Notes: a model not told the origin generated them from the letters alone. Counted from the first letter of the stretch, positions 10,719-20,858 are shown. The stretch: 64,000 nucleotides of DNA from an uncultured bacterium (GCA_963695335.1 OY968764.1:800001-864000), one strand, 5' to 3'. Made by a program: numbers and translations.

Positions 10719-11519
10719 TTAATCAAATTTATATATTTCTAAAAGATTTTCTTGAGGGTTAGAAAGATTGCTACTTAAGATGACAAAATGATTATCATTA
10801 AGAAATTTTGCTCTTAAAAAGATATAATCTACATGAGGTTTTAAAATAATTTTGTCTTGCTCGTTAATTATTTCTATTTTTTTTTCATGAATAAATAAAA
10901 ATATATTATTACTACATTCAACGTCATGCCATCCCTTACTGAATCCCGTAACAATATGTTGCTTGTCTTGTTGGAAATTAAAAAAACTTACAATACTACT
11001 GCTTTGGAAAATGAAAGATTGTTTGTTTGGATAAAATGTTAAAATATTGTATTTCCTGCATATATTCCAAAAATCAAAAAATGAAGGATAATCTTTTTCT
11101 ACTGTATCGCTAGATACGGGATGTAATTTGTTTGATGTAAAATCCAATTGATAAAAGTTATCATTAAGGGTTGTTAGGATAAGAGTATTATTATTCCAGT
11201 AATAATTTGGTGAAAGTATTTCTTCGTTAAAATCTTTAGGTAGAGTGATGGTATAGGGGGTAGGTGTTTTTAGATCTGTATAAATTATTTGATGAGCATC
11301 TGGTAAATAGAGAATAATAGCGCTACCATCATATTTTTTGTAGACAGAATATATAGAGGCTTTTTGTGGAATAACTAATTTTCTTTGAATGTGTAACGAA
11401 TTATCAAGTAGTAGTAGTCCTTGATTGTTATCGTTAATAATGATTGTGTTATCATAATTATCTAAAATATAGATATCATTTTTTTTAAAGTACAATTCAG
11501 CCGTTTTTTGAGTTGTCAT
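10719..11519 (-). CDS. Hypothetical protein, candidate immunity protein of the upstream toxin
   Basis: Starts 8 bp after the toxin stop, same strand, very AT-rich, no signal peptide. Confidence 0.55.
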   Translation of the reverse strand: MTTQKTAELYFKKNDIYILDNYDNTIIINDNNQGLLLLDNSLHIQRKLVIPQKASIYSVYKKYDGSAIILYLPDAHQIIYTDLKTPTPYTITLPKDFNEEILSPNYYWNNNTLILTTLNDNFYQLDFTSNKLHPVSSDTVEKDYPSFFDFWNICRKYNILTFYPNKQSFIFQSSSIVSFFNFQQDKQHIVTGFSKGWHDVECSNNIFLFIHEKKIEIINEQDKIILKPHVDYIFLRAKFLNDNHFVILSSNLSNPQENLLEIYKFD

Positions 11520-11527
11520 ATTATTGC

Positions 11528-13387
11528 TTATTTCAGATTTAGTTTTTTATTTTTGTCTGCAGTATTTTTGATCAATTGTCCTGTAATAGGATCAGCTTCT
11601 CCAAGATGTATTCCCTGTTTGTTATAAACTTCTAAATGGGCACCTTTTCCTCTGTGAAGAGTGTCTCGGTGATAGAATAAGTTGTCTTTTGTATATACTT
11701 GAGCACCTTTTACTGGGGCTATTTTTGTTTTTTTAAAATGAGTGCTATGCAAAACGATTTCTCGATCTAAAGGTATGCGGTTTTGTTGAATAAATTCTGG
11801 AATTATTTTTTCAATACTATTCTTTAAACCTGATGCCGTAGCTTGTCCCGATCGCTTTAACTTATTGGCATTTGTTGTGGCTTTAAACAGCAACCCTTCA
11901 GGGGTTGTAAGATATTCTTGTGGATTGAACAGAGAACTGTTTTTTGCAAAGGTAATACTTTTTTGTTTAATTGTGTTGCAGAATTTTCCTAATCCACCAA
12001 GTAATCTACTTTGCGCCATTAAGCTGACGCCAACCGCGGTACCATTTTTAACTGCATCGCGTAATGATATTTCTTTGTTATAGATTCTATCAATGACACT
12101 GTTTAATGGTTCAGCGTAATGATTCCATTTATCCTTTGCTTTATCAATATTGGTTATTGCAGTAAACCCAATATCTGCAACGTTATAAAGAACTTTGGAG
12201 AGTTGATATGCAAGTAACGGTTTGCTTGCAACCATAGAAACTGTTGCTTCAATAGGATTGTTCAGAATATCAGTGACTGCTGATTGTATGCCAATTGCAG
12301 CACCTTCAGCAACTGCTTGGCCGTAATCAAGCAGTGTCCAACAAAAATCGGCAATAGTAGTTGCTTTATCGGTAAGACCTTTATGGTTGCAATCAACCAT
12401 TGCCACAGTAAAATCGATTAATGCTTCTTGATGATCATACAAAACTGAAGTTGGTGATAGATGATCAATACGATTAAGTAAATCGAGTGATTCTTGATGA
12501 AGTGCATGTTGTAGTTTATTACCAGAGCATTGTGTAAAACATACTGCGTCATAGTTATATTTATGCAATAATTGCTTAACATTGTTATTGAGATTGTATG
12601 ATGTACTTGTGTAGTGCAGAAAATTATCAGCTCCTGACAAATTATGATATGCATCTAACCGTTTATTAATTGCGGCTGATAATGAAGGCGCATATTCTTG
12701 ATAAATAGATTGTAATTCTTTGTATTCAGATGTTTGTGTTTGAAATGTCTCAAGAGAATGATCGCGCAGAACTGGTTCATTACAAACTGGTTGCTCATGC
12801 TTAAGGTTCTTTAATTGATTGTATAAATAGTGGATGCGTTCTTGTAGGCCTGAGCAATAAGTACCTTTGATGGAGTACCAAATTTTTTGCAACCAATGAA
12901 GATTTTTTAATTCAGCATGTAGCTGTTGGATGGTGCATTTGTAACCTGAATATGTTTGTGTATATTTTACGAATTCATCAAACATATACAAACAGCGCTG
13001 ATTAAGTATTTGGCTTTCTGTGTATCCGTGTGACGAAAAATGTTTTTGAAAATCTTGAGCGTTATATTGTTTAAAATGCTGTTTATAAGAAGGTGATGTG
13101 TTGATATTGTTCCGTAATGGATCATGGGAAAAATCAGCATGTGATGTATGTCTATCATTTTTATAATTTGTTTGATGCCAGGAGTGAACTATTGTGGCAT
13201 GAGAATCTTTTGCAGTGATGGGGATAGATAATAGAGTGACAAAAAATGTATATGATAGATTCCTCTTTGCGCTCGTTCTGAACTTGTTGAAGAATATCTT
13301 CGAGCGCTCTAAGATACCCTTCAACAGGTTCAGGGTGAGCGCATAGATTGTAAAGATAGGTTTATATGGTGCATTCATTTTCATCAC
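11528..13387 (-). CDS. Polymorphic toxin with C-terminal colicin E3-like (cytotoxic rRNase) domain
   Basis: C-terminus YHRDTLH...HLEVYNKQGIHLGEADPITG resembles the ColE3 motif WDxxH.E.E.Y...G.HLG..DP.TG. Confidence 0.75.
   Translation of the reverse strand: MMKMNAPYKPIFTIYALTLNLLKGILERSKIFFNKFRTSAKRNLSYTFFVTLLSIPITAKDSHATIVHSWHQTNYKNDRHTSHADFSHDPLRNNINTSPSYKQHFKQYNAQDFQKHFSSHGYTESQILNQRCLYMFDEFVKYTQTYSGYKCTIQQLHAELKNLHWLQKIWYSIKGTYCSGLQERIHYLYNQLKNLKHEQPVCNEPVLRDHSLETFQTQTSEYKELQSIYQEYAPSLSAAINKRLDAYHNLSGADNFLHYTSTSYNLNNNVKQLLHKYNYDAVCFTQCSGNKLQHALHQESLDLLNRIDHLSPTSVLYDHQEALIDFTVAMVDCNHKGLTDKATTIADFCWTLLDYGQAVAEGAAIGIQSAVTDILNNPIEATVSMVASKPLLAYQLSKVLYNVADIGFTAITNIDKAKDKWNHYAEPLNSVIDRIYNKEISLRDAVKNGTAVGVSLMAQSRLLGGLGKFCNTIKQKSITFAKNSSLFNPQEYLTTPEGLLFKATTNANKLKRSGQATASGLKNSIEKIIPEFIQQNRIPLDREIVLHSTHFKKTKIAPVKGAQVYTKDNLFYHRDTLHRGKGAHLEVYNKQGIHLGEADPITGQLIKNTADKNKKLNLK
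13269..13342. repeat. REP-like family A, full doublet inside the toxin ORF 5' end
   Basis: GCGCTCGTTCTGAACTTGTTGAAG...CTTCAACAGGTTCAGGGTGAGCGC; translated as ALTLNLLKGILERSKIFFNKFRTSA. Confidence 0.85.
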
Positions 13388-14355
13388 TGTTTAAAATCAA
13401 TTGTAAATGGTTTTCCATATGTCCATTGCGGCATTTTCATTGCAAAAAGCGCTTGACGTACAGAGATATCAAACATCATAACACCTGAGTTTTTTATCAT
13501 TTTTATATTTTCTATTTTTCCCTTTGATGTAACAAAAAAAGATATTTCACACATACAATCTGGCGATACTCCAATGGGAGGTTTCCATGTTTGAACAATT
13601 TCTTTCTGCAGCTGTGCTTGTTTGCGCAGTGCTTCTACTTCGCGATAGTTATGAGAAATTTGCGCGTTGTCTGGGATAATTGCTGCGCCCTCTGGAGCTT
13701 TAGCGAAGGATTGCGGGATAATTGTCTGGTTAGTGTCTAAAGCTTGTGCAATAGGTGTAGGATTTATATATGCTGGTTTAACTATTTCTTTTTTTTCTTC
13801 AATCTTTGGTTCTAGTTTTTTCACATCTGTTTTAGCAGATGTGTCCGCCGAAGCTTTAGCGAAGGAGGATGGAGCTTGTTTTGGAAGTGCTGGTTTTACG
13901 GGTTCAGTTTTCTGCGCAATTTCCTGTTTTGGGATTTCTTGTTTAGCTGGTTCTATCTTTTTTATATCCGCCGTCTTGTCCGAAGAAGCCTTGGCGGAGT
14001 CGGAAGTTTTAACGGAGGAGGAGGGTACAGCAGCAACAGTTGTTGGTTTTTTGGTATCAGTTTTACCGGGTGTTGCTGGAGTTGCGGGTTTTGGCTTGTT
14101 CACAGTAGCTTTTTGAGGGACTACTTTTGTTGGAGTTGTTTTTATAGGCGTTGTAGTAATGCCAAGTGGTACAAAAAAAATGGGCGTAGAATAACCCAGT
14201 TTTTTGTTTATAGACAGTGACAGCATGTAACTGTTGTCACGATATACGCAAAACACCCAAAATAAAAAAACAAGATGTAAAAAAAGACAAGAGCCTAAAA
14301 GTTTAACCCAAAGCAGGTGTCTTTTGTGAATGTTTTTGAGTTGCAAGAGCCACAT
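13384..14355 (-). CDS. tolA: TolA/TonB-like energy transducer
   Basis: N-terminal S..LH TM anchor, Lys/Pro-rich linker, TonB_C-like domain (SG..MFD.SV..A), follows tolR. Confidence 0.75.
   Translation of the reverse strand: MWLLQLKNIHKRHLLWVKLLGSCLFLHLVFLFWVFCVYRDNSYMLSLSINKKLGYSTPIFFVPLGITTTPIKTTPTKVVPQKATVNKPKPATPATPGKTDTKKPTTVAAVPSSSVKTSDSAKASSDKTADIKKIEPAKQEIPKQEIAQKTEPVKPALPKQAPSSFAKASADTSAKTDVKKLEPKIEEKKEIVKPAYINPTPIAQALDTNQTIIPQSFAKAPEGAAIIPDNAQISHNYREVEALRKQAQLQKEIVQTWKPPIGVSPDCMCEISFFVTSKGKIENIKMIKNSGVMMFDISVRQALFAMKMPQWTYGKPFTIDFKQ
13687..13710. repeat. REP-like family B, in frame in tolA
   Basis: GCCCTCTGGAGCTTTAGCGAAGGA, translated SFAKAPEG. Confidence 0.75.
13844..13869. repeat. 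REP-like family B, in frame in tolA
   Basis: TCCGCCGAAGCTTTAGCGAAGGAGGA, translated SSFAKASAD. Confidence 0.85.
13967..14022. repeat. Nested family B within family B, in frame in tolA
   Basis: TCCGCCG[TCTTGTCCGAAGAAGCCTTGGCGGAGTCGG]AAGTTTTAACGGAGGAGGA, translated SSVKTSDSAKASSDKTAD. Confidence 0.75.
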
Positions 14356-14749
14356 ATTTTATACCACCAACAGATTTAATATCATCAACTAATTCAATTA
14401 CAGTTCCGTATGAAATTGCTGTATCAGCTTTGACGTATACGGTTTTTTCATGATCATTGCCAACAGTTTTTTTGATATGAGGGATAAGGTCTGCTTTGGC
14501 AATTTTTTCTTTATTAACATAAAAATCACCTTGCTTATCAATAAAGACAATTAACTCAGTTGGTTGATTATTTGTATCTTCTTGAGCATTACCACGTGGC
14601 AACGTTACTTTGATTGCATTTTGCAAAACGGGTGTTGCAACCATAAAAATAATTAATAACGTGAGTGCAGTATCAATCAATGGTGTCATAGAAAGATCGT
14701 GTAAGATGCTTTGTTTTCTGCGAGATCGTCTATTGTTACGTATGCGCAT
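14303..14749 (-). CDS. tolR: TolR/ExbD
   Basis: MTPLID..LTLLIIFMV.TP; ADTAISYG.V. Confidence 0.88.
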   Translation of the reverse strand: MRIRNNRRSRRKQSILHDLSMTPLIDTALTLLIIFMVATPVLQNAIKVTLPRGNAQEDTNNQPTELIVFIDKQGDFYVNKEKIAKADLIPHIKKTVGNDHEKTVYVKADTAISYGTVIELVDDIKSVGGIKYVALATQKHSQKTPALG

Positions 14750-14755
14750 GAGCTA

Positions 14756-15433
14756 TTACCTTTCACGATGATACTGGAAAACAAAAGTGATGCGGTCAGC
14801 GAGTGTAATAAGTTGTTGTTCTAATGCGCGTGTTTTTGTATGTAAATAGTTGAACATAACAAGCGCTGGAATTGCAACAAGTAAACCTGCAAGTGTTGTG
14901 ATAAGAGCTTCTGCAATACCTGGTGCAATAGTGGCAATATCAGCAACTTGTGTTTCACTGATGCGTATGAATGCATGAATAAGTCCCCATACGGTTCCAA
15001 AAAGACCAAGCAATGGCGCCACGGCAGCGCTTGATGATAATATTGGTATGTATTCTTCATTGTGCGTGAGCATTGCATCAATTGTATTATCGATATTTCT
15101 TTCTAACAGTTCCCATTCATAGGGATTGATTTTTTGATTGATGTCACTCACTATTTCTTTTAAAAAACTGAGATTTCTGGAGATAAAATAAGCTGGAGCA
15201 GTATTGCGTGCGCTACTGGTTATTTCAACAAGTGTTGTAACTGTTTTTGCAGCTTGAGCTTTTTTATTGATGTTTTTGAATTGTTGTTCTTTGATGCGCA
15301 GCAGTGCAAGTTTGCCCAAAAATACAGCCCAACATGCAATGGACATGCCGAGTAATATGAGAAGTACAATTTTACTCACCGTATCGGATTGATATACCAG
15401 TTGCCAGAGAGAGTTGCCAGAGAAAATGTTCAT
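14756..15433 (-). CDS. tolQ: TolQ/ExbB (MotA/TolQ/ExbB family)
   Basis: APLLGLFGTVWG...IAPGIAEALITT.AGL.VAIPA. Confidence 0.9.
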   Translation of the reverse strand: MNIFSGNSLWQLVYQSDTVSKIVLLILLGMSIACWAVFLGKLALLRIKEQQFKNINKKAQAAKTVTTLVEITSSARNTAPAYFISRNLSFLKEIVSDINQKINPYEWELLERNIDNTIDAMLTHNEEYIPILSSSAAVAPLLGLFGTVWGLIHAFIRISETQVADIATIAPGIAEALITTLAGLLVAIPALVMFNYLHTKTRALEQQLITLADRITFVFQYHRER

Positions 15434-15638
15434 ATGCGAGTTTCCTTTTTTTATGCTGAAAAATGAAGTTTGAGAAGTGATTTGAGTTTAGCAAAAGGTA
15501 TATGTTTTGAAAAATAAAATAGACAAAATAGCATTGTTAGAGTTGTGATAGGATTGTGTTGTAATTAAATGTATAATGAAAGAATTGTTTTAATAAATAA
15601 TTTAGCTTCTTGTTATTTCGATTGGAATTATAAAAATC

Positions 15639-16955
15639 ATGATAGATGTTTTTAAAAAGATAACTCTTCTGGTTGCTTTATTCGTTGGTGTTGTTAATGC
15701 AATGGATCATAGCATCTCTAGAAAAGAATCAAAATTTGATTTTTTGAAGTTGCATGAATTACAACCTTGGTATGAAACGTTGTCTCATGAACAAAAAGAT
15801 GCAATACAAAGTAATCTGAAAAAGCAGAATGAAAAAACTGTAGCACTTTTTAAAGTTACTACTGAGCTACCATTGGATGTACAAAAACTTGTTATTGCGC
15901 ATATGTTTGATGGTTATAGTTATACACGTTGTTATAAAGATGATCCTAATAAACATTTTGGTAAGTATGAAGGCGCTGTCAATAAATTTTATGCAAAGCC
16001 TATACGAGTTGTTTTTGATAATCAGAATAAGGCAGTAAAATTTCTTAATTTTTTGAAAGAAGATAGAGAGCGAGATTATAAATGTTTACATCCTCTTATA
16101 GATGATCCTAAAGCGCAACAGCATGTTATTTTTGAATTGTTAGAAGATATTCTTGTTTTTAATGCATGGCGGGGGAGTGAATGGCGCGGAATGGAAAGGG
16201 TTTGTTGTAAGAAAAGTGAATTGCAATCTATAGAGCGAGTTGTTAATACGTTCCCTACGATGATGCAACAAGTAAATTGGATAAATTTTAGATGTCATGA
16301 TTTGTCTACGCTTGATAATTTTAAAAAACGGTTTAGTAGAGAGCAATGGGTATTGTTGCCGCTTTGCTTACTTCCATTCGCTTCAAAATTGATTGCAAAA
16401 CCTTGGTATGAAGATTATGACTATATTGATCAAAATATTGTTGAGAAAAATAGTATAAAAAATTTTATTAATGCACATTTACAAGATAAATATAATGAAA
16501 CGGGTGATTTTGTCTGGTTATCTGGAATAAAACAACTCAAAAATCCTTTAGTAGAGACATGGAAGATTAATAGTGATGCTTTAGTTAAAAAAATAGCAAT
16601 ATATGCATCGGGAGGTTTTTTATTGGCTATGATTGGAGATAGCAACTTTTTCTCCAGAATGAAACAAATGAAACAAGATGGGCGTTTGTTGGAGAATGGG
16701 CAAGAAGTTGGAGTGTTTAGTATTATAAGTGGTGGGGTTGTCTTTGGAATAAAAACATTTTTTGAATATATTGCACCAAGAGTCATGGAACCATTATTGG
16801 AGCATCCTTTGTTGAGTATTGGTTGTATAACAGGTTGGTATGCTGTGAATGTTGCTCTTTATAATTTTATAAAAATGAGATCTTGGCGTGAAGATCATAT
16901 TGCAGGTAAGGATCTTTCTGCTTTATTACGACGTACTGATATTGAGATCGAATAG
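15639..16955 (+). CDS. Secreted/membrane protein, paralog family with F-box-like motif
   Basis: Signal peptide, ELPLDVQKLVIAHMF, C-terminal TMs, ends LLRRTDIEIE; homologous to 19615 and 20859. Confidence 0.65.
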   Translation: MIDVFKKITLLVALFVGVVNAMDHSISRKESKFDFLKLHELQPWYETLSHEQKDAIQSNLKKQNEKTVALFKVTTELPLDVQKLVIAHMFDGYSYTRCYKDDPNKHFGKYEGAVNKFYAKPIRVVFDNQNKAVKFLNFLKEDRERDYKCLHPLIDDPKAQQHVIFELLEDILVFNAWRGSEWRGMERVCCKKSELQSIERVVNTFPTMMQQVNWINFRCHDLSTLDNFKKRFSREQWVLLPLCLLPFASKLIAKPWYEDYDYIDQNIVEKNSIKNFINAHLQDKYNETGDFVWLSGIKQLKNPLVETWKINSDALVKKIAIYASGGFLLAMIGDSNFFSRMKQMKQDGRLLENGQEVGVFSIISGGVVFGIKTFFEYIAPRVMEPLLEHPLLSIGCITGWYAVNVALYNFIKMRSWREDHIAGKDLSALLRRTDIEIE

Positions 16956-17010
16956 TATTGCATTGCTATTTTCTGAAAAACTTTTTTATCGTAAGGAAAA
17001 AAGGGAAGAT

Positions 17011-17376
17011 ATGTACGTAAATCCAAAAGAGTTTTTTAATCAAAATATTTTTGATATCGCGATAGAAAATGCATTTTATAGAAAAGAAATTGTAACTGGT
17101 CCGCATAGCCAAGTTGTTATCATGTGCCTTGAACAAGGACAAGAAATTGGTGCAGAAGCGCACACGGTTGATCAGATATTTATTTTTGTGCAAGGGCGCG
17201 GTCAAGTGATTATTAATGATGTTGTTTCTGAGGTGAAAGAACATCATTTAGTTTTTGTGCCTGCGGGAACAACGCATAATATTAAAAATATGGGCGCTGA
17301 TTATCTTAAGTTGATTACTATTTACGCTCCGGCAGAAGATGCAGTTGGGACGCTTGAGCAGAAAAAGGGTGAGTAG
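17011..17376 (+). CDS. Cupin domain protein
   Basis: SQVVIMCL..GQEIG.E.H..DQ....QG.G...VPAGT.HN. Confidence 0.85.
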   Translation: MYVNPKEFFNQNIFDIAIENAFYRKEIVTGPHSQVVIMCLEQGQEIGAEAHTVDQIFIFVQGRGQVIINDVVSEVKEHHLVFVPAGTTHNIKNMGADYLKLITIYAPAEDAVGTLEQKKGE

Positions 17377-17379
17377 AAG

Positions 17380-17934
17380 TTGAAGAAGAAAATAACTGTA
17401 TTCACCATCGGGCATTCAACGCGATCAATTGATGAATTTGTAGAAATTCTTAAGCATTATCATATAACTGAATTGATCGATATTCGTACAATACCAAAAT
17501 CACGCCATAATCCGCAATTTAATGAGCATGAATTGGCGCACGCTTTACGTAATCATCATATTGGTTATCGTCATGAAAAACATTTGGGTGGGCTACGTCA
17601 TGCACATAAAGATTCAATTAATATGGCATGGGAAAATCTTTCCTTTCGTGGTTTTGCTGATTATATGCAGAGGGATGAATTTCATGAAGCTTTGCAAAAA
17701 CTTATAGAAATTGCGCATGAAAAAACAGTTGCAATTATGTGTGCTGAAGCGGTGCCATGGCGGTGTCACCGATCATTAATTGGCGATGCATTATTGGTGT
17801 ATGATATAGATGTTGAAGATATTTTTAGTGTAACATCAGTTAAGCCACACACGTTAACGCCATGGGCTGTTGTGCATGGTAAAAAGATAACATATCCTTT
17901 GCACTTCTACGCAAAAGTTACGAAAGGTGCTTGA
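17380..17934 (+). CDS. DUF488 family protein
   Basis: TIGHSTR, D.R..P.SR.NPQF, LGG.R and MCAE...WRCHR motifs. Confidence 0.9.
   Translation: MKKKITVFTIGHSTRSIDEFVEILKHYHITELIDIRTIPKSRHNPQFNEHELAHALRNHHIGYRHEKHLGGLRHAHKDSINMAWENLSFRGFADYMQRDEFHEALQKLIEIAHEKTVAIMCAEAVPWRCHRSLIGDALLVYDIDVEDIFSVTSVKPHTLTPWAVVHGKKITYPLHFYAKVTKGA
17901..17930. repeat. Degenerate family B element forming the DUF488 C-terminus
   Basis: GCACTTCTACGCAAAAGTTACGAAAGGTGC, translated HFYAKVTKGA. Confidence 0.55.
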
Positions 17935-17952
17935 GATAAAAAAGGGAGATGT

Positions 17953-18459
17953 ATGATCAAGTATCAAGTTGGTTATGGATTAAAAATTGTATTTGTTGGT
18001 ATTAATCCTCATCCAGGTTCATATAAGCGTGGCGTCCCATTTTCTAATAATAAAATGTTTTGGTATTTATTGAGTGATGCAGGACTTATTGATGAACCAC
18101 GAGAATTTTTAAAAGATGATAAAAAATTAAAACATTTTTATACGTATGAATTTAAAAAAAAATATCATTTTGGCATATTGAATTTAGTTGATAGACGAAC
18201 AAAGACAACCTCTGAGCTTAAAAAAAGTGAAGCGATACCTGGAAGAAAGCAGATATTAGCAGCAATACATAAGTATCAACCAGAAGTTGTCTGTTTTGTT
18301 GGTAAAATTACGTATCAATTGTTTAGTGATTTGAACGATGTTTCGTATGGTTGGCAGGCTGATATTGCATCATCGAAAATATATGTCATGCATGCACCTC
18401 ATCGTGGTGCTGCTCAGGAGCGCATTAAACAGCTTAAAGAGATTGCTAGAGCTTTATAG
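17953..18459 (+). CDS. mug: Mismatch-specific uracil-DNA glycosylase (Mug/TDG family)
   Basis: LKIVFVGINP, N.FW..L...G, G..NLV.R.T. Confidence 0.8.
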   Translation: MIKYQVGYGLKIVFVGINPHPGSYKRGVPFSNNKMFWYLLSDAGLIDEPREFLKDDKKLKHFYTYEFKKKYHFGILNLVDRRTKTTSELKKSEAIPGRKQILAAIHKYQPEVVCFVGKITYQLFSDLNDVSYGWQADIASSKIYVMHAPHRGAAQERIKQLKEIARAL

Positions 18460-19534
18460 TGTTGAAATTAATTTCGGTTGAATTGTTTATATCAGATAAA
18501 GCGGCAGTTAGAATACCTGTATTATCTTCATCAAGTTTTTTTAACCAAGCGGTTTTTGCATTAGAGTTGTTTGTTAATGTTTTTATACAGAGTAATTGAT
18601 AATCATTATGGCTTTTCATTTTCAGACTTTGATCATCATCAATATCTGCAGTGGTAACAATATCTGCATGGGCAAACCCGTTTTTTTTCAGAAAATCGTA
18701 ATAACTATCAATTTGATCGTGAATATATAAAGAAATGTGTGCCAGGGGAAATTGTTGTGTTAGCCATGATAAGAATTGTTTACATTGTACTTCTTTGAAA
18801 AGATAGTTCAAGAGGAATTGTTTATATAATTGCCCAGTTGTTAGTGCCCATATATATTGAATTCTTAAAACATCTTTTGTTTGATTGCGTGCATGTTTTA
18901 CGTATTCTTCTACGCGAGAACTTAGATCAAAAGATATTGGATCGGTTGTTATTCTTCGTGAATTGTTCAAGAAGTCTATCGCATTTACATAGCAGGTATT
19001 TCTGTCATCTATGCAATGAATAGTGATGTGTGCCTTTGGTAGCTCTATGAGTGTTTTTGTAGCAGTAATCAGAGTTTGGAATATGTCACCAGAGGCAAAG
19101 TCTGTATACGTAACAGAATTGGTTGGAGACGTTTGTAATTTGTTGATTAATAATTGACTTGCATATTTTTCAAAAGATGCTCTTGAGTGTGGTTTATAAA
19201 GTCTACTTAAGAGGCAATGATCATTATGTTTTGGATTATCATCTTCGGTGCATTCTCTAATGAAAAATAAAGGAAATTCCTGTCCATGTTTTTGAGCGAG
19301 TGTGCTGTAATCTTGTATGAATGCTGTGAGATCAAGGGAATAGTCTTTCTGGTTGAGAAGAATGTGAGCATTTGTGCAAAATTTATCAGATGCCGCTTTG
19401 TTTTTTATAAGATACTCTACGGGATTGGCAACTAATGCATCAGCCGTATAGGCTGTTTCCATGCTTATGAGGTTAAAACTGAGATTGAGTAGAAGAGTAA
19501 TAGATAGTATGAGATTTGTTTTTTGTAATATCAT
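18446..19534 (-). CDS. Hypothetical secreted protein
   Basis: 362 aa ORF with signal peptide. Confidence 0.6.
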   Translation of the reverse strand: MILQKTNLILSITLLLNLSFNLISMETAYTADALVANPVEYLIKNKAASDKFCTNAHILLNQKDYSLDLTAFIQDYSTLAQKHGQEFPLFFIRECTEDDNPKHNDHCLLSRLYKPHSRASFEKYASQLLINKLQTSPTNSVTYTDFASGDIFQTLITATKTLIELPKAHITIHCIDDRNTCYVNAIDFLNNSRRITTDPISFDLSSRVEEYVKHARNQTKDVLRIQYIWALTTGQLYKQFLLNYLFKEVQCKQFLSWLTQQFPLAHISLYIHDQIDSYYDFLKKNGFAHADIVTTADIDDDQSLKMKSHNDYQLLCIKTLTNNSNAKTAWLKKLDEDNTGILTAALSDINNSTEINFNTIKL

Positions 19535-19614
19535 AATGTTCTTTTTCTTTATAATAGTGTATTTTGGTCACCATTATAATGGCATATACGTAAGTAAGCA
19601 ATTGAGAATTTACA

Positions 19615-20856
19615 ATGAAAGTAGTAAGAGTGTCTGTTTTTCAAAAAATAATTATATTGTGTTGTATTTTGGTGCTAAGTTCTACTCATGCAATGGAGTG
19701 TGAACATGAGCTTATCTCTTTTAAATCATTATATGGTGCTCCTTTAATAAGCTTGCATAATGGCAAGCAATGGTTTGCAACATTATCACAAGAAAAACAG
19801 CAACGGATATGTGATCAAATAGAATCGCAAAAAAATAAAGGGCTTACTGCGTTATTGCATATGGTTGCATTACCACAAGATATACAAAAATCTATAGTAG
19901 CGCATTTATTTGAAAATGGTGAATGTCACAAAGCTGCAGATATATTTTGTAAAATTCCTCTCTGTGATGCGCTTAATCGATATCAAGTATCAAGAAAAAT
20001 AGTTCAAAATCCGGAAGCATTTAGTTTTTATAAGGAATCTTCTTTTCCATTGCACGTTATTTTTGAGTATGCAGATGATATCAAGGTATATCATAAGACC
20101 ATGGAGTATCATGACATTGGTTATTCCTCAAGAAAAGAGTTGGAAAGTTTGGAAAGAGTGATGCGAGTATTTAAAAACGCTGTTGGACGAACTAGATATT
20201 TGAAATATCAATTTTATAATAAGCACATTACTTTTGATCATATTAAAAAAGAGTTTTGTGATCAGATGTTGTTGTTGCCGATTGTTATATCGGCATATAT
20301 ATTTTTGATGTTTCCTTTAAGATGGCAGCGAGTTTGTAATCGGTGTAATATTGAGTATAATGCCGCAGCTGATGATTTGAATAAAGCAATCAGTGTTTTT
20401 AATGATAAAGTTGGATATCTGCGTCAAATAACGGGTGGTGATTATGAGTATTGTTCATATACTTACAAGCAAGAGGAAGAACCTATTATTTGGCATGGCG
20501 CGCACTATAAAAAGTGGTCTGGTGTTTTGGGGGTAACGTGGATAGCTTTTCTTTTGGGACTTAAGCATCGAGAGATAGATCGTGCAGTGGGCAAGTTTGG
20601 TGACAAAAATAGTTCTCAAAAAGTACGTTCTATTCTGACTACATTGTCTGGTATGTGTGGTGTGTATACAACAATGTCATGTATTGCGGCACAGTTTGAA
20701 GAAAATTCATTCTATGGGGTTGGTTGTATGACAAGTTTATATATGCTGCTTTGTTCTTGTTATAATGTCTACAAGGTGAAAAGTTTGCAAGAAGATGAGG
20801 TCTCAAGTTGGGATATTCAACCATTATTACAACGTATTAGTATTGAGATAATTTAA
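19615..20856 (+). CDS. Secreted/membrane paralog with F-box-like motif
   Basis: ELISFKSL.G.PLISL.NG, ALPQDIQKSIVAHLF, C-terminal TMs, ends LLQRISIEII. Confidence 0.65.
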   Translation: MKVVRVSVFQKIIILCCILVLSSTHAMECEHELISFKSLYGAPLISLHNGKQWFATLSQEKQQRICDQIESQKNKGLTALLHMVALPQDIQKSIVAHLFENGECHKAADIFCKIPLCDALNRYQVSRKIVQNPEAFSFYKESSFPLHVIFEYADDIKVYHKTMEYHDIGYSSRKELESLERVMRVFKNAVGRTRYLKYQFYNKHITFDHIKKEFCDQMLLLPIVISAYIFLMFPLRWQRVCNRCNIEYNAAADDLNKAISVFNDKVGYLRQITGGDYEYCSYTYKQEEEPIIWHGAHYKKWSGVLGVTWIAFLLGLKHREIDRAVGKFGDKNSSQKVRSILTTLSGMCGVYTTMSCIAAQFEENSFYGVGCMTSLYMLLCSCYNVYKVKSLQEDEVSSWDIQPLLQRISIEII

Positions 20857-20858
20857 TT

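Noticed and set aside
13667..14220. Overlapping + strand ORFs within tolA
   Set aside because: Antisense frames left open by low-complexity and palindromic sequence; no independent support.
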